Part shown: positions 1 through 8,818 of the stretch, piece after piece
Layout: each line of letters starts with the position of its first letter
Numbering within the stretch: position 1 is the stretch's first letter
Assembly (NCBI GenBank): GCA_964388715.1
Contig: CAYMBN010000004.1
Location: 31,391 to 95,390, forward strand
Direction: 5' to 3'
Source of the DNA: an uncultured Methanosarcinales archaeon
Lineage (GTDB): Archaea; Nanobdellota; Nanobdellia; Woesearchaeales; CAYMBN01
DNA length: 64,000 bases
The notes under the pieces: model-generated
What the model saw: the letters and a program-made list of their open reading frames with translations, nothing else
Database searches by the model: none
Told to the model about the DNA's origin: nothing
Program-made: the position numbers and the translations under genes

Positions 1-426
1 TTTAACACCTTTCCCAAACAATCTCATTTTAGCCAAAATTATTGCAACCTTAGATATAAATTTTCTTTTTAATGACCAACCAACTTTACTTTTTCTAGTT
101 GCAACAACAACATCCACAGATTTAAGCTTTTGATAAACATCGTCAACCTTTTCAGGAGGATGTTGCATATCACCATCAATAACAACAACATATTTTGTTT
201 TAACAATTTTTACTGCATCAATTATACTTGCAGTTAATCCCTTTACCCTTTCCTTAGAACGATCTAAAAAAACAACATTTTTAAACTTTTTAACAACTTC
301 TTGTGTAGCATCTTTTGATCCATCATCAGCAACTATTACTTTTATGTTTTTAGAAAGCCTTTTGATTACTTTGGCAATATTTTTTTCTTCATTAAGTGTT
401 GGAATTATAACTGTTAAATCCTTCAT
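1..426 (-). CDS. Family-2 glycosyltransferase (dolichyl-phosphate sugar transferase-like). This is the N-terminal part; the gene continues past the window start.
   Basis: Not in the ORF track because it is truncated. My minus-strand translation from the ATG at 426 reads MKDLTVIIPTLNEEKNIAKVIKRL..VIVADDGSKDAT..VVVIDGDMQHPP, which gives the GT-A N-terminus with DDGS and DxD motifs. Its ATG overlaps the TGA of the upstream gene (ATGA). Confidence 0.7.
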   Translation of the reverse strand, partial: MKDLTVIIPTLNEEKNIAKVIKRLSKNIKVIVADDGSKDATQEVVKKFKNVVFLDRSKERVKGLTASIIDAVKIVKTKYVVVIDGDMQHPPEKVDDVYQKLKSVDVVVATRKSKVGWSLKRKFISKVAIILAKMRLFGKGVK

Positions 427-899
427 TTAAACTTTACCTTTATAGTATCACCTATTGTCAAAGCATTACTTGATGTTTTTTTATACTCTTTCTTAGTTTC
501 TTCTTCGTATTCATCAATTATCTTAATTCCAAGAAACCTTTCAATTTTTTCTGCAAGTTTTATTGATGGTTTAAAATGTGCAGATTCAATTTTATGTATT
601 ATTGATTCTTTTTCATTTAATTTTTTTGCAAGATCTTTTTGTGTTATTCCCAATTTTTCTCTTTTCTCTTTCACTTGTTTCCAATAATTTTCTACAATCA
701 CTTGGAAAATCTCTTTTTCAGCTAACTTTTTTTCAATAATTATCTTTTTTGACATAGGTTTTTCTCTTCTTAAACCCTTAATTACTTTCCCATGTTTAGT
801 ACAATTTTTACATACGTTTAATTCTGTACCTTCAATAGAAATTTTAAATAGATTTCCTTCATTTCCACACATTTCACATTGTCCCAATTTTTCCACCAA
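423..899 (-). CDS. Archaeal multiprotein bridging factor 1 (aMBF1): zinc ribbon plus Cro/C1-type HTH
   Basis: An N-terminal CEMC..CKNC zinc ribbon is followed by a C-terminal HTH (GITQKDLAKKLNEKESIIHKIE). This domain order is the archaeal MBF1 architecture. Confidence 0.75.
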   Translation of the reverse strand: MVEKLGQCEMCGNEGNLFKISIEGTELNVCKNCTKHGKVIKGLRREKPMSKKIIIEKKLAEKEIFQVIVENYWKQVKEKREKLGITQKDLAKKLNEKESIIHKIESAHFKPSIKLAEKIERFLGIKIIDEYEEETKKEYKKTSSNALTIGDTIKVKFK

Positions 900-901
900 T
901 T

Positions 902-1255
902 TTAATATTTAAGATAACCTTTACTATGAATATAATAACTAATAATTATGGCAGAAACAAATAAAATCAAAATAATTCCTCTATTCATATAATATGAACC
1001 CAACATAAAACCTAGTAAAAATCCTATTATTATAAGAAAATATGGGAACATCCCTTTTCTTCTTTGTGTAAATATTAATCTTCCAGAACCAAATCCTACT
1101 AAAAATGCAACAATACCATTAAATACCTTGTTTTGTATTAATATTGAAATTATAAATCCAATAATTAATACAAGAAAAGCAAATAACTCTGCCCAATTAT
1201 GCATATAAAATGTTCCAACATCCACTTTTGATTTTTTTCCTATCATTATCACCAC
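902..1255 (-). CDS. Hypothetical multi-pass membrane protein
   Basis: 117-aa ORF with 3-4 hydrophobic segments. It is tightly packed in a same-strand gene string and overlaps the upstream gene by 7 nt. Confidence 0.45.
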   Translation of the reverse strand: MVIMIGKKSKVDVGTFYMHNWAELFAFLVLIIGFIISILIQNKVFNGIVAFLVGFGSGRLIFTQRRKGMFPYFLIIIGFLLGFMLGSYYMNRGIILILFVSAIIISYYIHSKGYLKY

Positions 1256-1995
1256 GCCTTTAATTCATAACTCAATAAGTATACTAACCAAATCACACCA
1301 CCAATCAACAATGAAAAGAAAAGTGTAAAAAATAAATTAATGTCAGCAAAAATTACAACAGCTGCACCAATAATTGCTCCATATGTAAAAACGTATGTAA
1401 GACGAGAAGAAAAGAACAGATTAATTCCGTCCATTGGTGGTATTGGCAAATTACTAGTTACAGCATAAACCACATTAATAGCTATTGCCTTTTGTAATAA
1501 CACATTTGCTGGTGCAAAAAAGAACACTGTTTTTAATACTAATGCAAGTAAAATATTGGATAATGGCCCAACAAATGCAACCATCCCATTTGTCCAATAA
1601 TTAAAGCCATACCTAAACTTTCCTAATCTATGTTTATGCATTAATGAACAAACAATTCCGCCTGGAATCAATAACCATACTTTACCTCTGCTAATAAAAG
1701 TAACAATCAATGCAAATACCATCCCATATATCCAAAATTTAAATCTAGCTTTAAAACCAACTGCAAGTCCAACAATCTTTTGTGCAGATACGTGAACTAG
1801 GAAAGCTAATGTAACAAGTAAAATACTACTAACAAAATTCCATAACCAATGTGTAATATTAACTGTTTGAGAACCATCATCATATCCAACAATAAATGCC
1901 ATTATTAATATAGAAATAATTACTACTTTTAATTCATCTTTATCAAAACCATAATACCTCTTTATTTTATCCTTAAGATTATACCATTCAACCAT
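1249..1995 (-). CDS. Site-2-protease (M50)-like polytopic membrane protein with a degenerate metal site
   Basis: It keeps an NLPIPPMDG motif (compare M50 NxxPxxxLDG). The position expected for HExxH reads HVSAQ. There are multiple TM segments. Confidence 0.45.
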   Translation of the reverse strand: MVEWYNLKDKIKRYYGFDKDELKVVIISILIMAFIVGYDDGSQTVNITHWLWNFVSSILLVTLAFLVHVSAQKIVGLAVGFKARFKFWIYGMVFALIVTFISRGKVWLLIPGGIVCSLMHKHRLGKFRYGFNYWTNGMVAFVGPLSNILLALVLKTVFFFAPANVLLQKAIAINVVYAVTSNLPIPPMDGINLFFSSRLTYVFTYGAIIGAAVVIFADINLFFTLFFSLLIGGVIWLVYLLSYELKAW

Positions 1996-2037
1996 ATTCT
2001 TATTAATATACCCTGTTATTTAAATAATTTTCTTTTG

Positions 2038-2232
2038 TCAGCCAGCATAACCTTTGCCTTCACCAAGAAACACATAACCTAAAATAACAAGTATTATAGC
2101 TAGCAAAAAAAAGTCAAAAAAAACCCTTGTTTTCAATGCTTTTTTAACAAGCGAGAAAAATATTAGTATCACAGAAGCTATTATTACATAAGCAATGTAA
2201 TAATGTACTTTATTAATATGTTTTTTTTTCAT
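2038..2232 (-). CDS. Small two-TM membrane protein, function unknown
   Basis: 64-aa ORF with two long hydrophobic stretches. It has its own intergenic spacing. Confidence 0.35.
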   Translation of the reverse strand: MKKKHINKVHYYIAYVIIASVILIFFSLVKKALKTRVFFDFFLLAIILVILGYVFLGEGKGYAG

Positions 2233-2265
2233 TTTTATTTAATATCCATTCAATTTATTTAAACT

Positions 2266-2997
2266 TTATGTTTCAACACTAAAACTATACTCTATCTTAT
2301 ATGAAAATATCTTTTTAACAATTTCTATAATTTCATCTTCATGACCCGCTCCTACAACAGCAAGTATAGATTGATTAGGATACTTTTTCATCAATGCTGA
2401 AATCTTTCTTGCCATATAATAATTTCTTTCTTTAATAAGTACCTTATATATATTTGGATACCTTAATTTTACTTCCTTAATCAATTTTTTAACAATTTTT
2501 TTACTTGGAACTTTTGTAAGATCAAACTTTTCAATACCAAGCCGTTTTAATTCTTCCTTCCTCATAAATATGCTCTTAAAAATATCAACAACAAAATTCC
2601 ATTTTTCTTTCCATGTTAATGCTTTGGAAAACCTTTTTAGTGTAATCTCAATATCTTGATCAATTAATGCTATTTTTATTTTATTTTCTTTAGCCAACTT
2701 GATAGCATTAATCATCTCAGAACCAGGTGAAACACCTACCATTTTCCCTAATTTTTTTTCAACATATGCACCAATAATACTAAATAAATATCCTTTTATT
2801 CCTATTTTAAGAATATCACACATTCTTATCCTTGTTTTTTGATTAGAAGTAAGAGCTCGATACCTTTTCTTATCAAGCTCAATACCAATTATGCCTGGTT
2901 TTTCCTCTAATATAAAAGCCTTAACTTGGTCCACACTCTGTTTAGCAATATGTGATGTTCCAATAATAGTCAGATTTTCATATTTCATACTACTCAA
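2266..2997 (-). CDS. TraB/PrgY/GumN-family protein
   Basis: IIGTSHIAKQS..IGIELD near the N-terminus and AVVGAGHEDEI near the C-terminus are the conserved TraB-family blocks. Confidence 0.7.
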   Translation of the reverse strand: MSSMKYENLTIIGTSHIAKQSVDQVKAFILEEKPGIIGIELDKKRYRALTSNQKTRIRMCDILKIGIKGYLFSIIGAYVEKKLGKMVGVSPGSEMINAIKLAKENKIKIALIDQDIEITLKRFSKALTWKEKWNFVVDIFKSIFMRKEELKRLGIEKFDLTKVPSKKIVKKLIKEVKLRYPNIYKVLIKERNYYMARKISALMKKYPNQSILAVVGAGHEDEIIEIVKKIFSYKIEYSFSVET

Positions 2998-3080
2998 GTA
3001 ATAAATCCACTATAAAAAACTTTTGATTGCAACGAAAAATTTAAATATACATACTATCTTAAAATTGGTAGGTGATATTT

Positions 3081-3350
3081 ATGTTAAAAATGAAGAAAAT
3101 AAACGAAACATTTGATATGAAAGTTTTTACTGACGAAGGAGATTATTTTGGTGATATTGAAGAAGCAATCCTTACATCTAACAAAATCTTTGGATGGAAG
3201 GTTAAAGCAACAAGAAATTCATTCTTAGACAAAGTACTTGGAAGTGCTAAAGGTGTTATTGTACCACACCAGCTTGTCAAATCAATAGGGGATATCTTGA
3301 TAATCTCAAAAGCAGCTGTTCCAAGCTATAGTGGAGAAGAAGCAGCATAA
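3081..3350 (+). CDS. PRC-barrel domain protein
   Basis: The pattern V.TDEGDYFGDIEEA..GWKV...VPHQLVKSIGDILIIS is typical of small archaeal PRC-barrel proteins. I chose the ATG at 3081 because GGTGA lies 5 nt upstream; the track starts at a GTG at 3072. Confidence 0.55.
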   Translation: MLKMKKINETFDMKVFTDEGDYFGDIEEAILTSNKIFGWKVKATRNSFLDKVLGSAKGVIVPHQLVKSIGDILIISKAAVPSYSGEEAA

Positions 3351-3384
3351 GTTTTTTATATATTTGTATTTTTTCTTATTTATT

Positions 3385-4371
3385 ATGAAATTATCTAGAT
3401 TTGATTATGAATTGCCTAGGGAATTGATTGCACAATCATTTGTAAAGAGAGGACAGTCTAGAATGATGGTTTTGAAAGATAATAAGATCTTTCATAAGAG
3501 GTTTTCTGATATTATTAATTATTTTAAGAAAGGGGATGTTTTAGTGTTAAATGAGACTAAAGTTGTTCCAAATAGGCTTTTAGGTAAAAAATCGACTGGA
3601 GGAAAGATTGAAGTTATTTTGGAGTTTGAGAAGAAAGAGATGTGGCAGTGCAGAATTAAGGGGAGTAAGATTAGAAAAGGAGCTGAGCTTGTTTTTGATA
3701 AGGAATTAAAGGCTAGAGTGGTTGAGAAGAGTAAAGATGTGTTTTTTTTGAAATTTAATAAAAAGTTTAATTTAGAAAAAGTGGGAAGATTACCTTTACC
3801 ATTTTATGTTAAATCAAAGTTAGTTAGAGAAGAGAGGTATCAGACTGTTTACTCAAGTAAGAAAGGCAGTTTAGCTGCTCCAACAGCTGGATTACATTTT
3901 TCTAAGCAGATTTTGGATAAGATTAAGAAGAAAGGTGTTAAGATCGCTAAAGTTACTTTGCACATTAATTTTGGCACTTTTCTACCAATAAGAGTTGATG
4001 ATATTAGAAAACACAAAATGCACTATGAATCATTTGAAGTTACCCAAAAAAATGCTGATATAATTAACAACAGAAAAGGAAGATTAATTGTTGTTGGTAC
4101 AACTGTTGTGAGAACATTAGAAAGTTCTTTTAAAAATAACAAAGTAATACCAAATAAAACCCAGACAAACCTTTACATTTATCCAGGTTACAAATTCAAA
4201 AACAAGATTGACATAATGCTCACTAATTTTCACCTTCCCAAATCATCATTACTTTTACTTGTATCTGCCTTTTATGGAAGAACTCCTCTTCTAAAAGCAT
4301 ACAAACAAGCAGTAAAACATAAATATAGATTTTATTCATTTGGAGATTGTATGTTACTTCAAATAAGCTGA
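3385..4371 (+). CDS. queA: S-adenosylmethionine:tRNA ribosyltransferase-isomerase QueA
   Basis: MKLSRFDYELPRELIAQ, AAPTAGLHF and VGTTVVRTLES are hallmark QueA blocks. The track start at 3331 adds a hydrophobic extension overlapping the previous gene, so I prefer the ATG at 3385. Confidence 0.88.
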   Translation: MKLSRFDYELPRELIAQSFVKRGQSRMMVLKDNKIFHKRFSDIINYFKKGDVLVLNETKVVPNRLLGKKSTGGKIEVILEFEKKEMWQCRIKGSKIRKGAELVFDKELKARVVEKSKDVFFLKFNKKFNLEKVGRLPLPFYVKSKLVREERYQTVYSSKKGSLAAPTAGLHFSKQILDKIKKKGVKIAKVTLHINFGTFLPIRVDDIRKHKMHYESFEVTQKNADIINNRKGRLIVVGTTVVRTLESSFKNNKVIPNKTQTNLYIYPGYKFKNKIDIMLTNFHLPKSSLLLLVSAFYGRTPLLKAYKQAVKHKYRFYSFGDCMLLQIS

Positions 4372-4375
4372 ATAC

Positions 4376-4471
4376 CTTACACTTTAGTGTAAGAATGAAG
4401 CTTTTTGAAATGATAAAATCTGAGCTGCCAATACCTCAACCTTTAGGTTGAGGAGAGTCCTCGGATTTTTT
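4376..4471. terminator. Hairpin cluster plus T-run between convergent queA and queH
   Basis: CTTACAC-ttta-GTGTAAG lies at 4376-4393 and CCTCAACC-ttta-GGTTGAGG at 4434-4453. These are followed by GAGG..CCTC and a T6 run at 4466-4471. Confidence 0.35.
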
Positions 4472-5001
4472 CACTTATTAAGTGAAAACCTACATCCACA
4501 GTACTTTTGCCTATATAATCCTAGTTTTTTACTTATTTTAACAGAATTCAAAAAACCTTGATTTTTCTTAAAATCTTCAACTAAAAACTTAACACTATAC
4601 TCTTGTTCCAATTCCTTACCAATTTTATTTACAACCCCTTCATTTTTATGAGGACTAATAGTTAAAGTTGTTGTAAAAGCATCAAAATTATTATCTTTAG
4701 CAAACTTAGCTGTTTTTTTCAACCTTAATTTAAAACATGACTCACACCTCTTACCACCTTCTTCCTCTTCTTCAAAACCTTTTACATAATCAAGAAACTC
4801 CTTTTCATTTTGTTCAGGAACAATTAACTCTAAACCAAACTTATTACAAACAATCTTTGCATTTTCATATCTTTTTTCAAATTCTTTGTATGGGAATAAA
4901 TTAGGATTATAAAAAAATAAACAAATATCATAATCTTTCTTAAGAACATTTATCACATATGTACTACATGGTGCACAACAAGTATGGAGTAATAATTTCA
5001 T
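4471..5001 (-). CDS. queH: Epoxyqueuosine reductase QueH (DUF208)
   Basis: LLHTCCAPCS at the N-terminus, an internal RCESCF, ISPHKN and a C-terminal YRQKYCGC match the DUF208/QueH cysteine pattern. Confidence 0.8.
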   Translation of the reverse strand: MKLLLHTCCAPCSTYVINVLKKDYDICLFFYNPNLFPYKEFEKRYENAKIVCNKFGLELIVPEQNEKEFLDYVKGFEEEEEGGKRCESCFKLRLKKTAKFAKDNNFDAFTTTLTISPHKNEGVVNKIGKELEQEYSVKFLVEDFKKNQGFLNSVKISKKLGLYRQKYCGCRFSLNK

Positions 5002-5474
5002 TTGATCTTACTTAAAATTATTTTTTCATTAGTGGGTTCAACCATTAAAAATAGTGCTTTAAGTCCTTTTTCAATTGATGATTCCTCTGCTATTTTATTG
5101 TGTGTATAAGGAAATACAATCCATTTTTTATCAAGCTCTGAAAATGGATTAATAAAATAAATACTTAACAAAGGATTTTTAATCAACTTTTTCCAATTAC
5201 CAGATACAATCTTAAAATTTACTTTGGAATTAAGAACAATTAAACTAACATGTAATTTATCATTCTTTTCTTTTTCCTTTTTTACCTTATCCATAATTAC
5301 ATCAATACTTTTTATTATGGGTTCAATTATAAACAAATGTTCTTTATGCTCAAAATGTACGAACAATTCACTCTCTTTGACTTCAATATTTTTTAATTTT
5401 CTTGTGAGAATATCTTTATTTTTAATATAGTGAGAAGTCCATTCTTTTAAAAAATCAGTAACTCTATTCACCAT
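4998..5474 (-). CDS. Hypothetical protein translationally coupled to queH
   Basis: 158-aa ORF. Its TGA overlaps the queH ATG (ATGA). I see no recognisable motif. Confidence 0.45.
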   Translation of the reverse strand: MVNRVTDFLKEWTSHYIKNKDILTRKLKNIEVKESELFVHFEHKEHLFIIEPIIKSIDVIMDKVKKEKEKNDKLHVSLIVLNSKVNFKIVSGNWKKLIKNPLLSIYFINPFSELDKKWIVFPYTHNKIAEESSIEKGLKALFLMVEPTNEKIILSKIK

Positions 5475-5518
5475 TTTTTAATTTTATTTACTTTTTTAAG
5501 TTTATATACTTTACGGTA

Positions 5519-5528
5519 AATATTTAAA
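5519..5528 (+). promoter_or_regulatory. Archaeal TATA box for the lhr operon
   Basis: An ATATTTAAA box is centred about 29 nt upstream of the ATG at 5553, with no Shine-Dalgarno sequence. This suggests a leaderless transcript. Confidence 0.4.
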
Positions 5529-5552
5529 CAATAATCAGTTTAAGAGCACAAA

Positions 5553-8126
5553 ATGACTCGACCAACAGAGAAAATTTACAATGATGAAGAGATTTTTAGT
5601 ATTTTACATCCTCTTGTAAAACAATGGTTTAAACAAAAATTTGGCAGTTTTTGTCTTACACAACAATATGGTGTAATGCCTATTCACTCAAGAGAAAATA
5701 TTCTTGTTTCTGCTCCAACTGGTTTTGGAAAAACCTTGACTGCTTTTTTATCTATTCTTAATGAGCTTATTGATTTGTCTGAGAAGAATCTTTTAGAGGA
5801 TAGGATTTATTGTGTATACGTATCTCCTCTTAGAGCTCTAAATAGAGATATAGCAAGAAACCTAATACAACCATTAAAAGAAATAGAAGAAATTGCAGAT
5901 AAAAAACTTAATATCAAAGTCTCAGTAAGAACAGGCGATACAACAGCAAAAGAAAAACAACAAATGCTTAAAAAAAGTCCGCATATTTTAATTACAACCC
6001 CAGAATCCCTTGCAATTCTTTTATCATCAAAAAAATTTGTTGAACACCTTAGGGAAGTTCAATGGTGTATAACTGATGAGATACATGCTTTAGCTGATAA
6101 TAAAAGAGGTGTTCATTTAAGTTTGAGTGTTGAGAGACTTGCCAGACTTTCTTCACACATGGCACGTGTTGGATTAAGTGCAACAATAAGCCCATTAGAT
6201 GAAATAGCTAAATTTTTAGTTGGATCTGATGGTGATTGTAAGATTGTGGATATTAGCTTTGAAAAAAATATGGATCTTAAAGTATTGAGTCCTGTTAAAA
6301 ATTTAATTGACAGTTCACATGAAAAAATGCATACTGAAATGTATCAACTAATTAATTCTCTTGTTCAGGAACATAGGACTACACTAATTTTTACAAATAC
6401 TCGTGCTGCAACAGAACGTGTAGTTGATCACCTTAAGCATAAATTTCCTGGAAAGTATACTGTTGAAAATATTGGTGCACATCATGGTAGTCTTTCAAGA
6501 GATATAAGATTTAATATTGAAAATAGGTTAAAGGAAGGAAAATTAAAAGCAGTTGTTTGTAGTACTTCATTAGAGTTAGGTGTAGATATAGGTTATATTG
6601 ATCTTGTTATATGTTTAGGAAGTCCAAAATCTGTTGCACGTTTTTTACAAAGGGCAGGAAGAGCAGGTCATCAGTTACATGAAAAAGTTAAAGCAAGAAT
6701 AATTGTACTTAACAGAGATGATTTGATTGAATGTTCTGTTTTGTTAAAATTAGCAATTGAGAAAAAGATTGATAAAATTCATATTTCACATAATTGTTTA
6801 GATGTTTTAGCTCAACATATTCATGGAATTGCAATTTCTGAGAAAATACATTTTGATGATTTGTTTAAACTTGTTAAACAAAGTTATTGTTATCATTCAC
6901 TTACTAAAAAAGATTTTCTTGAAGTTGTTAATTATCTTGCGGGAAAATTTGTTTCCTTAGAAGAAAGATATATTTATGCAAAAATATGGTATGATGAAAA
7001 AACAGGTATGATTGGCAGAAAAGGTAAAATGTCACGTGTTATTTATATGACTAATATTGGTACAATACCAGATCAAACACGTGTAAGAGTTCAAGTAGGA
7101 AACCAAGTAATTGGAACAATTGACGAACCTTTTTTAGAACGTTTAAAAAAAGGTGATGTTTTTGTGTTAGGGGGTAGTACTTATGTATTTAGATATGCTA
7201 AAGGAATGATTGCATATGTTAATGCTTCTGCTAACCGTCCACCTACAATACCAAGATGGGTTTCTGAGTCGCTTCCACTTAGTTTTGATCTTGCAGTTGA
7301 AATTGGTAAGTTTAGAGGATTAATGAGTCAATATTTTTGTTTAGGTAAAAGTAAAGAAAAAATTATTGATTTTATTAACTCTTATCTTTATGTTGACACA
7401 AATTCAGCAGAATCCATATATCAATATTTTAATGACCAATTTCAGTATACTGTTATTCCTTCTAATACACTTTTAGTGATTGAAAATTATAATGATGAAA
7501 AAGAACATCATTTGATATTTCATTCTCTTTATGGAAGAAGAGTTAATGATTGTCTCAGTAGAGCTATTGCATATATTATTTCAAGAACCCATCATTTTGA
7601 TGTTGAAATTGGTATTAATGATAATGGTTTTTTTATAAAAACCCCTAAAAATATTAAAATTGATAAAGCACTTAAAGTTTTAAAAACAAGCAAACTTAAA
7701 AATGTACTCAAACTTGCAATTGAATTCACAGAAGTCTTACGTAGACGTTTTAGACATTGTGCAACACGTTCATTTATGATTTTAAGGAATTACAAAGGAA
7801 GAAAAAAGTATGTTGGAAGACAACAAGTAAGTAGTATGATCTTAATGAACGCTGTTAAGAGGATTAGTTTTGATTTTGCTATATTAAAAGAAGCTAGAAG
7901 AGAAGTTTTGGAAGATTTGATGGATATTAAAAATGCTAAACTTATTGTTGACAGAATAAAGGATAAGAAGATTATTATTAAAAAGATTAATACTTCGGTT
8001 CCAAGTCCTTTTGCATTTAACCTTGTTGTTCAAGGTTATTCAGACATAATGAAAATAGAGGATAAAGTAGAGTTTTTGAAAAAGATGCATAAGTATGTAC
8101 AAGTTAAGATTGGATTAAAAAAATGA
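5553..8126 (+). CDS. lhr: Lhr-type (Lhr-Core) DExH-box ATP-dependent helicase
   Basis: It has APTGFGKT (Walker A), TDEIH (DExH), SATI, a helicase C domain with RAGRAGH, and a long C-terminal DEAD-associated region. It is followed by a metallophosphoesterase, as in Lhr-MPE operons. Confidence 0.85.
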   Translation: MTRPTEKIYNDEEIFSILHPLVKQWFKQKFGSFCLTQQYGVMPIHSRENILVSAPTGFGKTLTAFLSILNELIDLSEKNLLEDRIYCVYVSPLRALNRDIARNLIQPLKEIEEIADKKLNIKVSVRTGDTTAKEKQQMLKKSPHILITTPESLAILLSSKKFVEHLREVQWCITDEIHALADNKRGVHLSLSVERLARLSSHMARVGLSATISPLDEIAKFLVGSDGDCKIVDISFEKNMDLKVLSPVKNLIDSSHEKMHTEMYQLINSLVQEHRTTLIFTNTRAATERVVDHLKHKFPGKYTVENIGAHHGSLSRDIRFNIENRLKEGKLKAVVCSTSLELGVDIGYIDLVICLGSPKSVARFLQRAGRAGHQLHEKVKARIIVLNRDDLIECSVLLKLAIEKKIDKIHISHNCLDVLAQHIHGIAISEKIHFDDLFKLVKQSYCYHSLTKKDFLEVVNYLAGKFVSLEERYIYAKIWYDEKTGMIGRKGKMSRVIYMTNIGTIPDQTRVRVQVGNQVIGTIDEPFLERLKKGDVFVLGGSTYVFRYAKGMIAYVNASANRPPTIPRWVSESLPLSFDLAVEIGKFRGLMSQYFCLGKSKEKIIDFINSYLYVDTNSAESIYQYFNDQFQYTVIPSNTLLVIENYNDEKEHHLIFHSLYGRRVNDCLSRAIAYIISRTHHFDVEIGINDNGFFIKTPKNIKIDKALKVLKTSKLKNVLKLAIEFTEVLRRRFRHCATRSFMILRNYKGRKKYVGRQQVSSMILMNAVKRISFDFAILKEARREVLEDLMDIKNAKLIVDRIKDKKIIIKKINTSVPSPFAFNLVVQGYSDIMKIEDKVEFLKKMHKYVQVKIGLKK

Positions 8127-8818
8127 GATTTGTTGACTTAGGAATATATTTTGAAAAATGTTTGGTTTTAGCAGATTTTCATATAGGATATGAAGAAGCT
8201 TTGAATAAACAAGGAATTTTAATGCCAAGATTACAACTTAATGATTTTATAAAAAGATTAGATAAAATTCTCTCAAAAATAAACCAACCAGAAAAAATAA
8301 TTATAAATGGTGACCTAAAACATGAATTTGACACAATCTCTGAACAAGAATGGCGTGATACTCTTAAAATAATTGATTACCTAGACAACAAATGTAATGA
8401 ACTCATCCTCATAAAAGGAAATCATGATACCATCCTTGGGCCTATTGCAAAAAAAAGAAACATCCAAATCCTTGATTATGTTATTATAAAAAATACACTT
8501 ATCCTTCACGGTCATAAACTTAACAAATCAATTGAGAAAATAATTAAAATAAATAAAATAAAAACAATAATCATTGCACATGAACATCCTGCAATAACAC
8601 TCAATAACGGTATTCGGCAAGAAACATTCAAATGCTTTCTAAAAGGAAAATACAAAAGAAAACAATTGATAGTCCTCCCAAGCTTTTATTTCATGACAGA
8701 AGGCACAAACATATTAGAATCAAAACTCTTAAGTCCATTCTTAACAAACATAAAGAACTTTAATGTTTACATCATTGGTGATAAGATTTATGATTTTGGA
8801 AAGATTAAAGATTTCTAA
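8123..8818 (+). CDS. Calcineurin-like metallophosphoesterase (MPE partner of Lhr)
   Basis: DFHIGYE, GDLKHEF, GNHD, HGH and HEHP motifs appear in the canonical order. The start overlaps the lhr stop (ATGA). Confidence 0.8.
   Translation: MRFVDLGIYFEKCLVLADFHIGYEEALNKQGILMPRLQLNDFIKRLDKILSKINQPEKIIINGDLKHEFDTISEQEWRDTLKIIDYLDNKCNELILIKGNHDTILGPIAKKRNIQILDYVIIKNTLILHGHKLNKSIEKIIKINKIKTIIIAHEHPAITLNNGIRQETFKCFLKGKYKRKQLIVLPSFYFMTEGTNILESKLLSPFLTNIKNFNVYIIGDKIYDFGKIKDF

Noticed and set aside
3331-3384. N-terminal extension of queA in the ORF track (MEKKQHKFFIYLYFFLFI)
   Set aside because: The extension overlaps the PRC-barrel gene and is hydrophobic junk. The conserved QueA N-terminus MKLSRFDYELP begins at 3385.
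4394-4426. Possible C/D-box sRNA between the two hairpins (AATGAAG ... ATGATAA ... CTGA)
   Set aside because: The box sequences deviate from RUGAUGA/CUGA. The spacing between the candidate C and D' boxes is far too short for a 10-12-nt guide.
5224-5430. 68-aa plus-strand ORF
   Set aside because: It is antisense inside the 158-aa gene coupled to queH, and its Phe/Ser/Leu-rich composition looks like a shadow ORF.
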